A stretch of DNA of 64,000 bases from assembly GCA_001603595.1 (NCBI GenBank), contig LUZK01000002.1, positions 2,884 through 66,883 of the forward strand. The letters are read 5' to 3'. Numbering within the stretch: position 1 is the first letter of the stretch; each line of letters starts with the position of its first letter. Below the pieces are notes generated by a model. That model made no database searches and was not told where the DNA came from. It saw nothing but the letters and a program-made list of their open reading frames with translations. This document shows, piece by piece, positions 31,066-40,691 of the stretch. The DNA is from Bacteroidales bacterium Bact_19 (GTDB lineage Bacteria > Bacteroidota > Bacteroidia > Bacteroidales > ML635J-15). A program made the position numbers and the translations under genes.

Positions 31066-34000
31066 TTATTCGACAATTACTGTCTGAGAGTCTATGATTT
31101 TGCTGTCTTGTAAGACCATTACTTTATAATGGCCATTTTTTAACCCTGTTACATTGACTTCAGTTGATCCCTGTTCTATTTGTGTTATTCGTTTAACAGT
31201 TTGCCCGATAGAGTTGATAATATTAACTTCACAACTATTGCATGGATTTTTTAATTTGATTGTAAAACTACCTTGATTCGGATTCGGAACAATTTCGAAA
31301 GCTACATGAGTAGTTGATTCATTATCTATTCTTCCTTTAGGGTTTTGGTCTGATTCGTTATCATTTCCTGTTGATTTAGTAAAGGAATTAGTTTCACAAT
31401 CTTGAATAGCCAGCATAAATTCGTCAAAAGAAATTAAACCTTCATAAGCAGATTTTTCTGCTTGAATTTTACACAACCATTGTTCAACAAATGCTAATTC
31501 AGGCACATTTTGATCATCTGTTAGTCCAATTGAAATACTTTCTAGCTTAACAATAGCATCTTCGTATTGACCTAACATTCTATAAAGAAGTGCAATATCC
31601 AGATTATATTCTACGTTAAAAGTGTAAGGAATATTAGGATTCTCGATTACTGTTTTATTCATTTCTATAACATTTCCAATCCCAATCAAAAACGAAGTAT
31701 TTGATTTATCAAAATTAACAAAAGTTTGAAAATCGGAAAGAATACTGTGTAGTTTTCCATTTGCGATTGATTGCCAATATTGCATTTCAGAATTATCGTA
31801 ATTGTTGCAAGATAAAACCAAATCAATATATTTATTGATTATACTTATGTAATCAGATTCGGAATTTACTAAAAAAGAAAGATTCTCTAATTCTATTATT
31901 GCTAAATCTACAGGATATGATTCACCATCGATTACAACATTTGGCAAATCATTTTCAAATTGTTCTTCATTTTCACTTAACATTTCAATAGATTGAGTAA
32001 TTGGCAATGGACTTCCCATGTTCATCTGAATACATGAAAGATATGATGGAGTAACGTCTGTGACAGTTACCGCAACTGAAGGAATACTAACAGGATATTT
32101 TGTCAGTGAATAATGCGTTCCTCCCACTGGTGATTGGTTAGCCACTGATGACCATCTATTATGAGTAGCTGTTATTGATGGTACTTTTACTGGAACGTAA
32201 CCATGTAAAGCATAATAATTGTTATCTGCTTGTAATTGGTTATATTGATCTAATAGTACTACTGAACCATAATTTAGATAGATTGTTTTATAATTGCCTG
32301 ACAAATCGCAAGTGTATGGTTTAACTATTGTGCCATTTGCAACATTTACACCAATATTATTATCGTTAACAAAAGCACATTCCATATTCAAATCGAAGCC
32401 TCCATTTGTCTTAACTCCATCAACTGTATTTGATTGTAGATATGTGTTCTCAATATCTATATGCGCTGTTGCACTTCCTTGGTAATATATCCCATAATTA
32501 TTATAATTGATATTGCAATCAATAAACTCAGATGTCATGCTCATCGCATCACAATATACTCCGTAACTTGTATTATTAATAACAGAACAGTTGTTTAAAT
32601 GTAAACCTTTGCCATAAATGTTTATCCCCTGAGTATTATATCTGAATGTACTATTTGTGATGTAAAGTGGGGCTCCGTTGGTCCATGTAAGATTTCCATA
32701 AATACCATACTGTCCATATTCAAAAACAGAACCATTAATCGTTACATTAGATTGCCCACTAAACAAAAAACTCCTATGGCTATTGTTTGTACCTGTTGAA
32801 GAAGTTACTTTCACATTGTCAAATGTTACTGGATATGGTGCATCTGTCTGCATTCTTTTACTAGTGCCCATTTCTATCTTACAGTTCTCAAAAGTAAGTG
32901 AAGAAAGCTGAGGAAAATGTACTGTATTTTGTTGAACCTCAAGAACTTTATCAGACTGTCCTGTTCCAGAAAACAAAATAGAAGCACCAGTACCAGCGGT
33001 GATATTATATGTTGCATCAACTCCTGGATTACTGAATTTAATAAAACCATTTCCTGAAAATGTAAACTGTGCATTTGTGCCAATCTGTAAATTTCCAATG
33101 ATCTCTAGGGTTGATGTATTATGGCTTAAGATTATTTCACCACCAATATTATAAGACAGAGTAGCTATATCAGTAGATGATTTATCAATTAAAATAGATC
33201 CACCCTCTCCAAGAAAGATTTGTCCATCATCCTCAATTATTAACTCACCTCCAGGCTCAACATCAATTTGACCTCTCCAAGCTTCACCATTTACTCCTGT
33301 AATACTGCCATCAACTACTAAAGTACTACCATTTCTCACAATTATTTTAGCATTGTAAGGTAACTCAACATGGCATGTGATGTCGCATTGTGCATTATTT
33401 TCAATAATTATATCTTCGTAAACACGGATGTTAAAATCCCATGTTTCATCTGAACTAATAATGATAGGAGAGTTTACATTATAGCAATCATCAATAATGA
33501 ATTGTCTTACACTAGTAAGATAATATGCTCTATGAGCTCTGCCAATTTGGGATGGTGATAAGTAATTTCTTGAATTGCCTTGATTTCCCATAATATTATT
33601 AGTTACTCTGTCATACATTGGAATTGTGTTATCATAAGGGCTTACATCCCAAGCATAATTTATAGGAGGACACTCTGAATAGGGACACGAACTAGTGATG
33701 TGTGGAGCATTTCCTGGATATGGACTCCCAAACAAATCAGCAAACCAGTTTCCTGAGCTATTCATGGTGGCAACTGTAGTTGGACAACCTCCGCCAAGGT
33801 AAGTATGACATAGGTCTATGTTATGGCCTAGTTCATGAGCAACTCCTCCAGAAACCGCCCAACCACCTTGTGTATAAGCCGATGTTATTACGCAATAAAC
33901 TGGAGAGTCAAGATCTGAATCGCTTGGTATATTTGCGAAGGAATAAGGACCTCCAGCCTGTGTGAAAAAAATATTTATTTCTTGCAAATCACTTGGTGTA

Positions 34001-34305
34001 TTATCATAATTATTAACATTATAGACACTATATGGAGAAGTTGTAACCACAATATTACTTAATACGCTTAAACTTGAAGATGTATTTCCTGTTGAATTTC
34101 TGTAGAAATAAACATTATTTAAGGTGTATTCAAAGTATGGATTTGACAAACTTGTTACTCCAGCTATTGGGTCTGAAGGAGACATATTAATCATTTTATT
34201 ATTACAGAGCCATTCGTAAATATCCAATATTCTCGCAAGATCTCCAAGCGGGTTATTAGGGTCATCATGTTGAAAATTATTTCCCCCACTATTATTTTGC
34301 ATCAC
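31066..34305 (-). CDS. zinc metalloprotease (HEXXH) with beta-helix repeat region and T9SS C-terminal sorting domain; lacks its own signal peptide
   Basis: Contains VAHELGHNIDLCH and parallel beta-helix-type repeats (...NNTSYGVYCD...NNYGIYYQG...). The C-terminus is FEIVPNPNQGSFTIKL...GHYKVMVL. The ORF begins at a GTG with no signal sequence. Confidence 0.75.
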   Translation of the reverse strand: MMQNNSGGNNFQHDDPNNPLGDLARILDIYEWLCNNKMINMSPSDPIAGVTSLSNPYFEYTLNNVYFYRNSTGNTSSSLSVLSNIVVTTSPYSVYNVNNYDNTPSDLQEINIFFTQAGGPYSFANIPSDSDLDSPVYCVITSAYTQGGWAVSGGVAHELGHNIDLCHTYLGGGCPTTVATMNSSGNWFADLFGSPYPGNAPHITSSCPYSECPPINYAWDVSPYDNTIPMYDRVTNNIMGNQGNSRNYLSPSQIGRAHRAYYLTSVRQFIIDDCYNVNSPIIISSDETWDFNIRVYEDIIIENNAQCDITCHVELPYNAKIIVRNGSTLVVDGSITGVNGEAWRGQIDVEPGGELIIEDDGQIFLGEGGSILIDKSSTDIATLSYNIGGEIILSHNTSTLEIIGNLQIGTNAQFTFSGNGFIKFSNPGVDATYNITAGTGASILFSGTGQSDKVLEVQQNTVHFPQLSSLTFENCKIEMGTSKRMQTDAPYPVTFDNVKVTSSTGTNNSHRSFLFSGQSNVTINGSVFEYGQYGIYGNLTWTNGAPLYITNSTFRYNTQGINIYGKGLHLNNCSVINNTSYGVYCDAMSMTSEFIDCNINYNNYGIYYQGSATAHIDIENTYLQSNTVDGVKTNGGFDLNMECAFVNDNNIGVNVANGTIVKPYTCDLSGNYKTIYLNYGSVVLLDQYNQLQADNNYYALHGYVPVKVPSITATHNRWSSVANQSPVGGTHYSLTKYPVSIPSVAVTVTDVTPSYLSCIQMNMGSPLPITQSIEMLSENEEQFENDLPNVVIDGESYPVDLAIIELENLSFLVNSESDYISIINKYIDLVLSCNNYDNSEMQYWQSIANGKLHSILSDFQTFVNFDKSNTSFLIGIGNVIEMNKTVIENPNIPYTFNVEYNLDIALLYRMLGQYEDAIVKLESISIGLTDDQNVPELAFVEQWLCKIQAEKSAYEGLISFDEFMLAIQDCETNSFTKSTGNDNESDQNPKGRIDNESTTHVAFEIVPNPNQGSFTIKLKNPCNSCEVNIINSIGQTVKRITQIEQGSTEVNVTGLKNGHYKVMVLQDSKIIDSQTVIVE

Positions 34306-34319
34306 AACAATATTAACTT

Positions 34320-34523
34320 TTAATCTTTAATATCATCTCCTGATGATGGGATATAATTCTCTATTAGGTTGTAGCGGTTCAAATATGCAGTTGAACTGCC
34401 AATACATGAAGTCGATTTAGTTGCCGTAAAAGGAGCAATAACATCATTGTCATTATCATACTGCGACACACATTGCAATGATACAATTAAAAAAAATAAA
34501 ATAATAAATGGTTTTAGTTTCAT
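34320..34523 (-). CDS. signal-peptide-bearing 67-aa ORF, probably the detached N-terminus of the metalloprotease
   Basis: MKLKPFIILFFLIVSLQCVSQ... The ORF ends 14 nt upstream of, and in a different frame from, the 1079-aa ORF. Confidence 0.5.
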   Translation of the reverse strand: MKLKPFIILFFLIVSLQCVSQYDNDNDVIAPFTATKSTSCIGSSTAYLNRYNLIENYIPSSGDDIKD

Positions 34524-34546
34524 AACGTTTGGTTTTTAATTAATAA

Positions 34547-35806
34547 TTATATTTTACTCACACTTTTAATTTCAAACGATTGGTCTACATATTCAATATA
34601 AAGCCAATAGAGGCCTGGCTTAAAGTTTGACAGGTTAATACTATATGTATTTAAATTTTCAAGGTGGTGTTCCTCTAGTATTACCCCTCCTAAAGTAAAT
34701 ATTTTAATATTTGAAATATCTCTCTCTCTAGAGATTATAAAAATATCTCCAAATGCAGGAACTGGGAATACATGTACTTGATGATTATAATTATTATTTT
34801 GAACTCTAGACGAAAAGTCAAATTCAATGATAGATCCAGAATTAAGTGTTTGCGAATAAGTTATATATTTACCATTGCCAATCGCCAAAATTGGGTTGTT
34901 ATGAACTCTATCTGGCCTTATAAAATATTGATTATCTGGCAAATTTAACAAATCAATGTTTTCACCATTCATTTTAAAAAGCATTTGATCTGAATTGTTG
35001 TTAAATGAAGTAATCCACACATAATTATCATCATCTACGAAAACTGGTTGGCACTTTTCTATTTGAAGATTATCGTTAAGTTCTTGCATTTCCTGCCATT
35101 GATCTCCCTCATAAATACACAATCCCTTATCTGTTCCACAGTATAATTTATTATTCATATCTATTTCAATACCATAAATTACATTTGAAGAAATTTCTGA
35201 GTTCAAAGTGTCAAAAATTTCAAATTCGTTATTAGAATACCTCACTAAACCTTGATTGATTGTTGCAATCCAGATTACTGAATCATTCTGAATTTCAATA
35301 TCATAAATGTCATCAGAAGGTATTGAAGAGTTTTGTGTGTTATACCATTCGAAATTTATTCCATCAAAATAAGCAACCCCCGAATTCCAACTATGAAACC
35401 AAACGTTATTATTTTCTGATATTTTAATTCCTATCACATCATAATATGGATCATGAATTAACCATGTTGTATTTTGATCAAATTCAGCCATAGGCTCACC
35501 TGCTGTACCTATCCATATATGATTTGTTGTGTCAACAGCCAGAGCCTGACAAAAGAAATGAGGAAGACCAGAATTTTCCTGTTTATAAAACGCTTCAACC
35601 TCATAATTACTATTTAATTTTGCAAGTCCACCAATAGTTGCAACCCACACATTGTTGTTTTTATCTAGAACTAAATCTTTAATTGTTGGATATATAGACC
35701 CGCTAAAAATACTATCTGGCATAACAAAAGAAGTAACTACTTGAGTACTGAGTGTATCAAAAATTGCTGTAAGTACAAATATTAATAATAAGATTTTCTT
35801 TTTCAT
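34547..35806 (-). CDS. beta-propeller (two-component-regulator-propeller-like) protein with T9SS C-terminal sorting domain
   Basis: Has repeated ...N.VW.AT..GL..-type blades. The C-terminus is VHVFPVPAFGDIFII...PGLYWLYIEY. Confidence 0.65.
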   Translation of the reverse strand: MKKKILLLIFVLTAIFDTLSTQVVTSFVMPDSIFSGSIYPTIKDLVLDKNNNVWVATIGGLAKLNSNYEVEAFYKQENSGLPHFFCQALAVDTTNHIWIGTAGEPMAEFDQNTTWLIHDPYYDVIGIKISENNNVWFHSWNSGVAYFDGINFEWYNTQNSSIPSDDIYDIEIQNDSVIWIATINQGLVRYSNNEFEIFDTLNSEISSNVIYGIEIDMNNKLYCGTDKGLCIYEGDQWQEMQELNDNLQIEKCQPVFVDDDNYVWITSFNNNSDQMLFKMNGENIDLLNLPDNQYFIRPDRVHNNPILAIGNGKYITYSQTLNSGSIIEFDFSSRVQNNNYNHQVHVFPVPAFGDIFIISRERDISNIKIFTLGGVILEEHHLENLNTYSINLSNFKPGLYWLYIEYVDQSFEIKSVSKI

Positions 35807-36456
35807 AAAATATGCTTTATAATTTTAAATTTACTAATTATTGATAATTTACAGTTATTATTAGAAGAAAAATTCTACAAGTGTCTTTGTTTAGAAGGTT
35901 TATAGAATTCTATTAGACTAAAATTTAAATTACTATTATTAATCAAATGCTCAAATGTGTAATATTAAGAATCTGAAAACAAATATATTGCTATTTTTCA
36001 CAAAATTACAATAGTATTTAATATATTATACTAAGATACAATATTAACTAACATTAAACCTTTTTGGTAACACAAGTGTGTATTTTTGAAACAATTTGCA
36101 CAATAATGGTATTGTTATAATTTTAGAAATATTTAGTTTGTATAAAAACAATTAAAGCAATTGAGATTATTAGGAAGTTCATAGAGGTGAATGATATTCT
36201 GCTTAATGGTATTACTAAAAAGTGATTTTATATCTACATACTTTGATCTCGCACGATTAAGTGCGTGAACCCGGTGGGATTGCATCGTGTGGTAGCACAA
36301 TCTTTTTTATGTAAATTTACTTTGTTGATGTTTTCATTTACCATAAGTCAAAAATAGTAAATAAATGACTGGATAATATAAATAGGGATAAGATTTTACT
36401 CAATTAATGATGGCGTCTATATTTCAAACTAATTAGTTTTGAACTAAAATTTGTTT

Positions 36457-36924
36457 TCACCTCGGCCACCCCCTCCAAACCACCAACCCAAACAAAATTC
36501 CCAACCCAATAAGAATAAAGATTCTATAGTTATACAAACCAAACAAATTAAATGCTCCATTTTCGGACTTCGGAGCATTGTTTTTCAATACTACCCTCTC
36601 CACTGGTATTTCCTTCACCACAACAACCGTATCCGCCTCTCTCTCAGCTTCTACATAAACAGTGTCGTGGATGCGATGGAGCTTGAGTTTTAGCTTTTCT
36701 TTGGTGATGATCACTGTGTCGTTTAGTTTGCTTTCGTGGAAGGATGTATCGATCCTGGTTGCGGGGATGATAGTTGTGTCCTGGATGCGGATGGTGTCTT
36801 TGGTTTTGAGCTCTGGATGGAGAGCGATCAAGCGATTAAGTCGCTTTTGTGGAGTACAGGAAATTAAAAATATCGCTGCGGATACTATTAATAATATGTG
36901 TTTCATGGTTCTCATATTTTTCAC
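36457..36924 (-). CDS. lipoprotein with C-terminal TM anchor (last gene of the compact module)
   Basis: Has the lipobox FLISC and the C-terminal TM segment IFILIGLGILFGLVVW. It has a truncated paralog at 26959-27261. Confidence 0.6.
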   Translation of the reverse strand: MKNMRTMKHILLIVSAAIFLISCTPQKRLNRLIALHPELKTKDTIRIQDTTIIPATRIDTSFHESKLNDTVIITKEKLKLKLHRIHDTVYVEAEREADTVVVVKEIPVERVVLKNNAPKSENGAFNLFGLYNYRIFILIGLGILFGLVVWRGWPR

Positions 36925-36967
36925 TTTTTGTTATTTGTTATTTGGAGTTTGTAATTTGGCATTTGCC

Positions 36968-37552
36968 TTAGATGTAGCCATCATCTGCCATCGAGATATA
37001 GTTATTATTAGTAATAATCAAATGATCCAACAAAGCAATATCCATAATTTTGCCTGTATCTCTGACTTTCCTGGTTAAAGTAATATCGGCCTCACTGGGC
37101 TTTAGGTTGCCTGATGGATGATTGTGGCACATAATAATACTTGTGGCCAATGAGTTTAATGCAACACTGAAGAGTAATCTTATATCTGCTACAGTTCCAG
37201 TGATGCCACCCATACTCAAGAAGTGATATCCTAAAATTGAATTCGATCGATCCAAAAGAAGGATGAGCATTTCTTCCCTGGTGTCGATCTGGTTACTCCA
37301 AATTTCTTTGAATACTTTATAAGCATCGGCAGAAGTGCCTATTACCACTCTCTCATGTGGCTTCTGAGTTTTGCTGTAAACGATTTTAACCTTTGGAGGC
37401 TTGTCTGGTACTGTGGCTTTGCCAAGTCCTGCAGTTTGATCCTTCTTTTGTTTTCGAACAATAAGAACTGCTGCAGTAAAGCTGACAAGCAAGACGATTA
37501 TGACAATATACTTTTTCATATTTTCTCTACGAAAGATTTCTGAACTCATCAA
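36968..37552 (-). CDS. RadC-like JAB/MPN domain protein with N-terminal TM anchor
   Basis: The JAMM motif context is IIMCHNHPSGNLKPSEADITLT. The N-terminus contains YIVIIVLLVSFTAAVLIV. Confidence 0.8.
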   Translation of the reverse strand: MMSSEIFRRENMKKYIVIIVLLVSFTAAVLIVRKQKKDQTAGLGKATVPDKPPKVKIVYSKTQKPHERVVIGTSADAYKVFKEIWSNQIDTREEMLILLLDRSNSILGYHFLSMGGITGTVADIRLLFSVALNSLATSIIMCHNHPSGNLKPSEADITLTRKVRDTGKIMDIALLDHLIITNNNYISMADDGYI

Positions 37553-38108
37553 GTTTTACATTCCTGCCTGGGCATGCGGTGGAATTCCCGATAATCTCTT
37601 TGTGGCCGTAAACTGGCAGCTTTTTGTTTAACTTATCATTTATGTACTTGATAAGGTTCTTCAGCGATTTTCTTTGTGCATCGCTGGGTTGCTCAGTCTC
37701 GAAATTGCCGTTGAGAACAATTCCGATTCCGGTAGCATTTGCATTGATTGTGTGCCAACTCATTGATGTCAATTTGTTGGTTTGGTAAACTGTTCCATCA
37801 GGATCAATGCAAAAATGATATGCAATCCTGGGTGCATTTAATCTACCTTTGGGATCGATGTGCCATCGGGCAAAATCGTAAACTGTAAATTTGCCTGCTG
37901 GTGATGCAGAATGATGGATGATTATTCTGTCAATTTTATCAGTACTTCTTTGCTGATACTCGCCTCTGTGTGGCAATTTTTCAATAATATCGTTTATCAT
38001 AGTCATAATTTTTAATTTTCGTAATACAAGAAAAATCACCAGCACGATTGCGCCAGCGACAAACCACTTTTTGTGCTTCTTTACCGTATCGACAACCGGA
38101 ATTATCAT
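37527..38108 (-). CDS. N-acetylmuramoyl-L-alanine amidase (Amidase_2/PGRP fold) with N-terminal TM anchor
   Basis: Contains ...IIIHHSASP..., ...GIGIVLNGNFE... and ...YGHKEI..STACPG..., the zinc ligand contexts of T7-lysozyme-type amidases. Confidence 0.8.
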   Translation of the reverse strand: MIIPVVDTVKKHKKWFVAGAIVLVIFLVLRKLKIMTMINDIIEKLPHRGEYQQRSTDKIDRIIIHHSASPAGKFTVYDFARWHIDPKGRLNAPRIAYHFCIDPDGTVYQTNKLTSMSWHTINANATGIGIVLNGNFETEQPSDAQRKSLKNLIKYINDKLNKKLPVYGHKEIIGNSTACPGRNVKLDEFRNLS

Positions 38109-38500
38109 ACCATTGCTCTGGTTATTCGTGCCATGTCGGTAAGCTCTACAACTTTTTTATAACCATTGCTTAACAAAGCTGCTTCGGTTTGTGGTCCGAA
38201 ATATCCATCCTCACTAATTCCAGCTTTGTAGGCTTTGTTTAAGCCCTTCTGAAGGTTTAAAACATAATTGCCTTTGCAACCAAGCTTGATGGGATAAGCT
38301 CGACATTCCTGGTAATCTATTCCACTCTGAATAGGTGTTGGAGATGGTGATGGATTTACTCCTGATCCAGAACCGCCATTGCTTCCTGCGGATGAATCGG
38401 TTCCAAATCCAAAACGCTGCCTTATTTCTTCTCTTTTCCAGAAAATTATTGCTCCAACGATTGCAATAATTATCAGTACAATTACATTTTGCGATTTCAT
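38105..38500 (-). CDS. membrane-anchored peptidoglycan-binding (PG_binding_1-like) protein
   Basis: Has an N-terminal TM. The C-terminus is ...VLNLQKGLNKAYKAGISEDGYFGPQTEAALL... It overlaps the amidase start by 4 nt. Confidence 0.65.
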   Translation of the reverse strand: MKSQNVIVLIIIAIVGAIIFWKREEIRQRFGFGTDSSAGSNGGSGSGVNPSPSPTPIQSGIDYQECRAYPIKLGCKGNYVLNLQKGLNKAYKAGISEDGYFGPQTEAALLSNGYKKVVELTDMARITRAMV

Positions 38501-38510
38501 TTTGTCTGAT

Positions 38511-38990
38511 TTAATAGGTTATTCCACTTTGTCTTAAAATATCGCGAACTTCTTCCATTTCGCCGCTGTCGAGATCATCGGCCAACCAGCTTTTTAAATC
38601 TCCAGTAAGATCAGCGAAAAATGTTCCTCCATCCTTTTTTCTGGTACCAAAACACTTTTGCAAAAAGTTCCAATCGTCCTGAGTCCTCAAGCGCATCATT
38701 ACATCCATGATGCTTTCTTCTTGAGTTCCTGATCCGTTCATCGAGCTTTCTAGAGTAGTACACATTGAATAATACTCACCTTTTTCAAAAGTGAGATTCT
38801 CTGTGTTCACGTCTATCTTCTCGATATCCTTGTGCAACATCCTGCGGATGGCAAACTCTATCTTGTTTTTGAACAAAAGAATAAGCACAACAATTAGTAT
38901 GATTGTCCAGGCTCTCCGCTTTTTGTCGGGAGGCACTGCATCATACCTGCGTTTTGCTTCTATTCCTGTTGCCAACAAATACTGATACAT
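38511..38990 (-). CDS. hypothetical single-pass membrane protein
   Basis: The ORF has the TM segment WTIILIVVLILLF. The C-terminal helical repeat GSGTQEESIMDVMMRLRTQDDWNFLQKCF is faintly annexin-repeat-like. Confidence 0.5.
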   Translation of the reverse strand: MYQYLLATGIEAKRRYDAVPPDKKRRAWTIILIVVLILLFKNKIEFAIRRMLHKDIEKIDVNTENLTFEKGEYYSMCTTLESSMNGSGTQEESIMDVMMRLRTQDDWNFLQKCFGTRKKDGGTFFADLTGDLKSWLADDLDSGEMEEVRDILRQSGITY

Positions 38991-38993
38991 GGA

Positions 38994-39293
38994 CTAAGAT
39001 TTTAAAATTGTCAATACCCTCTTTACATACTTTGGAAGCCTTAGCATCAGCTGAGCTTCTGATAATTCTTCGCCTTCGTCAAGCATTTCCTTAACTACTG
39101 GTATCAATTCAGGTTTTTCATGTATCATCTCGACTGTGCTAATCAAGTCTTCGTGATTGATGGACTGATTGAGAATTTTAAAAGCATTTAGCTTCTGCGA
39201 AAGTTCCTGCGGATCTTCTGCAGTTAGCTGAATTTCTTTCTGAAGCTCTTTGCCTCCTTCGCTGATGGTGATGGATAATTTGTAAGTTTTCAT
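38994..39293 (-). CDS. hypothetical protein
   Basis: The ORF is tightly packed, with 1-3 nt gaps on both sides. Confidence 0.45.
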   Translation of the reverse strand: MKTYKLSITISEGGKELQKEIQLTAEDPQELSQKLNAFKILNQSINHEDLISTVEMIHEKPELIPVVKEMLDEGEELSEAQLMLRLPKYVKRVLTILKS

Positions 39294-39294
39294 C

Positions 39295-40353
39295 TTATTC
39301 TTGATTTTCTTTGTTCAAGTTTTCGTTATCTTCATTTTCGGGATCGCTGCCAGCAAATTCATCTTCTGGAATAAGAACATCCATGAGCTGCATTCTTTGC
39401 TCAACGGATAATCCTTTTATCATTCCAATCAGATTGTCGAAGGAGTTATCGCTGATGTTTTCCTGATTTCCTTTATCAGTAAATCCATCATCATCAAAAA
39501 CTGATTTTGTGCCTTTCAGATTCGATTCTGGTTTTGACTCATCTTTATCAGATTTGTTTTTCTTTTTGAATGATTTTCTAACAAGATCATCAGCTTCAGA
39601 AAGTCCTAAAGCTGATTTGCCAAGTTCTAGCAATCCACCGGCAATTGTTTTGGTGTATTCCTTAACTGTGCCTAATCCTTCAGCTTTGCGTTCTTCAAAC
39701 TCTTCGAGTTGATTCATCAACTTTCTTTCCTTCTCTTCGATTTCTCGAGCTCGAAGTTCAAGTTTGTAGAGTTCCATTTTCATCTCAAGATCGGCAATTC
39801 TCTTGATGGCTTCTGCCTCTCTTTTTGCTGAAATTTCATCATACTCAGCCTTGATGGAGCGTGTGGCATCGGAAACATTTTTGTCTATAATACCTTGGAG
39901 ATCCTGGTATGAAAAACCCCCGAAGCCGCCCATATTTCCTGTTCCTGTTTGCGGTCGAACAGGAAAGCCCGAAAAACCCGTCGGCATCATTTGTTCTTGG
40001 CCAACCGGATATACGGATGTGCCGCCTAAGAACAAAGGCTGTCCCAAATCATTTCCTTTATACTTATCAAACTTAAGCTTGAAGTATTTTTTTGTGGAGT
40101 TTAGCATATTGCCAGGATTGGATTTCTCTGCGTTTCCAATCACTATTACAAGCTCATGCGGATAATCTTTGTTCGCATGATCAATTAGGAAATTTCGGCA
40201 TTTTTCGACATCTGCCGAAGTTCCCGAAATGATTTCTTTCATCTGGTTCTGCAATGGACGTATGCTCCACAAATCATAAATTGGGATGGTATGACTGCAA
40301 AACCTTTCTGCAAAGTTTTCATCGTAATCGTGTATGTCGAAAATATGTTGCAT
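39295..40353 (-). CDS. hypothetical protein with central coiled coil and acidic tail
   Basis: 352 aa. The coiled-coil segment is ...EAEAIKRIADLEMKMELYKLELRAREIEEKERKLMNQLEEFEERK... Confidence 0.55.
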   Translation of the reverse strand: MQHIFDIHDYDENFAERFCSHTIPIYDLWSIRPLQNQMKEIISGTSADVEKCRNFLIDHANKDYPHELVIVIGNAEKSNPGNMLNSTKKYFKLKFDKYKGNDLGQPLFLGGTSVYPVGQEQMMPTGFSGFPVRPQTGTGNMGGFGGFSYQDLQGIIDKNVSDATRSIKAEYDEISAKREAEAIKRIADLEMKMELYKLELRAREIEEKERKLMNQLEEFEERKAEGLGTVKEYTKTIAGGLLELGKSALGLSEADDLVRKSFKKKNKSDKDESKPESNLKGTKSVFDDDGFTDKGNQENISDNSFDNLIGMIKGLSVEQRMQLMDVLIPEDEFAGSDPENEDNENLNKENQE

Positions 40354-40691
40354 TACTTCACTATTTTGATTCGGACGTATTTTACTGTATATGTAAAGCT
40401 GTGAGATCGTGAGAAATTCACAGCTCCTTTGTGTCTGGTGATAATTTCATAGTCAATATTTTGCGGTGTGCTGATTGTCTTTTGTATTATGTGGCTTTCG
40501 CTTGCGGAATGAAACTCAAGCCAAAAATCGGTTGCAACTTCAATATTGATTTCATGTATCAATACTGTTTCATCTCTGGATACGTCAATCCTGTGAGGAC
40601 TGTCGGCCTGATGATGAGTAATTGTATAGGATGGATTTGATCCTATTTCAGTATCTATCATGCTTTTTAATATGCTGTCTGATGATTTCAT
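40353..40691 (-). CDS. hypothetical small beta-rich protein
   Basis: The ORF's stop overlaps the next gene's start and its start overlaps the upstream gene by 4 nt. Confidence 0.5.
   Translation of the reverse strand: MKSSDSILKSMIDTEIGSNPSYTITHHQADSPHRIDVSRDETVLIHEINIEVATDFWLEFHSASESHIIQKTISTPQNIDYEIITRHKGAVNFSRSHSFTYTVKYVRIKIVK

Noticed and set aside
36460-36480. TTCACCT-CGGCC at the ends of the 155-aa gene copies (36463 and 26960 regions) resembles TTCACCTGCTTCGGC in the DUF4248 tail. This could have marked the far att site of the phage-like module.
   Set aside because: Only about 11-15 nt match, and a 4-nt gap is needed. The motif lies in an unrelated coding context (..GWPR* versus ..PKQVKM..). 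This is too weak to call without a statistical alignment.
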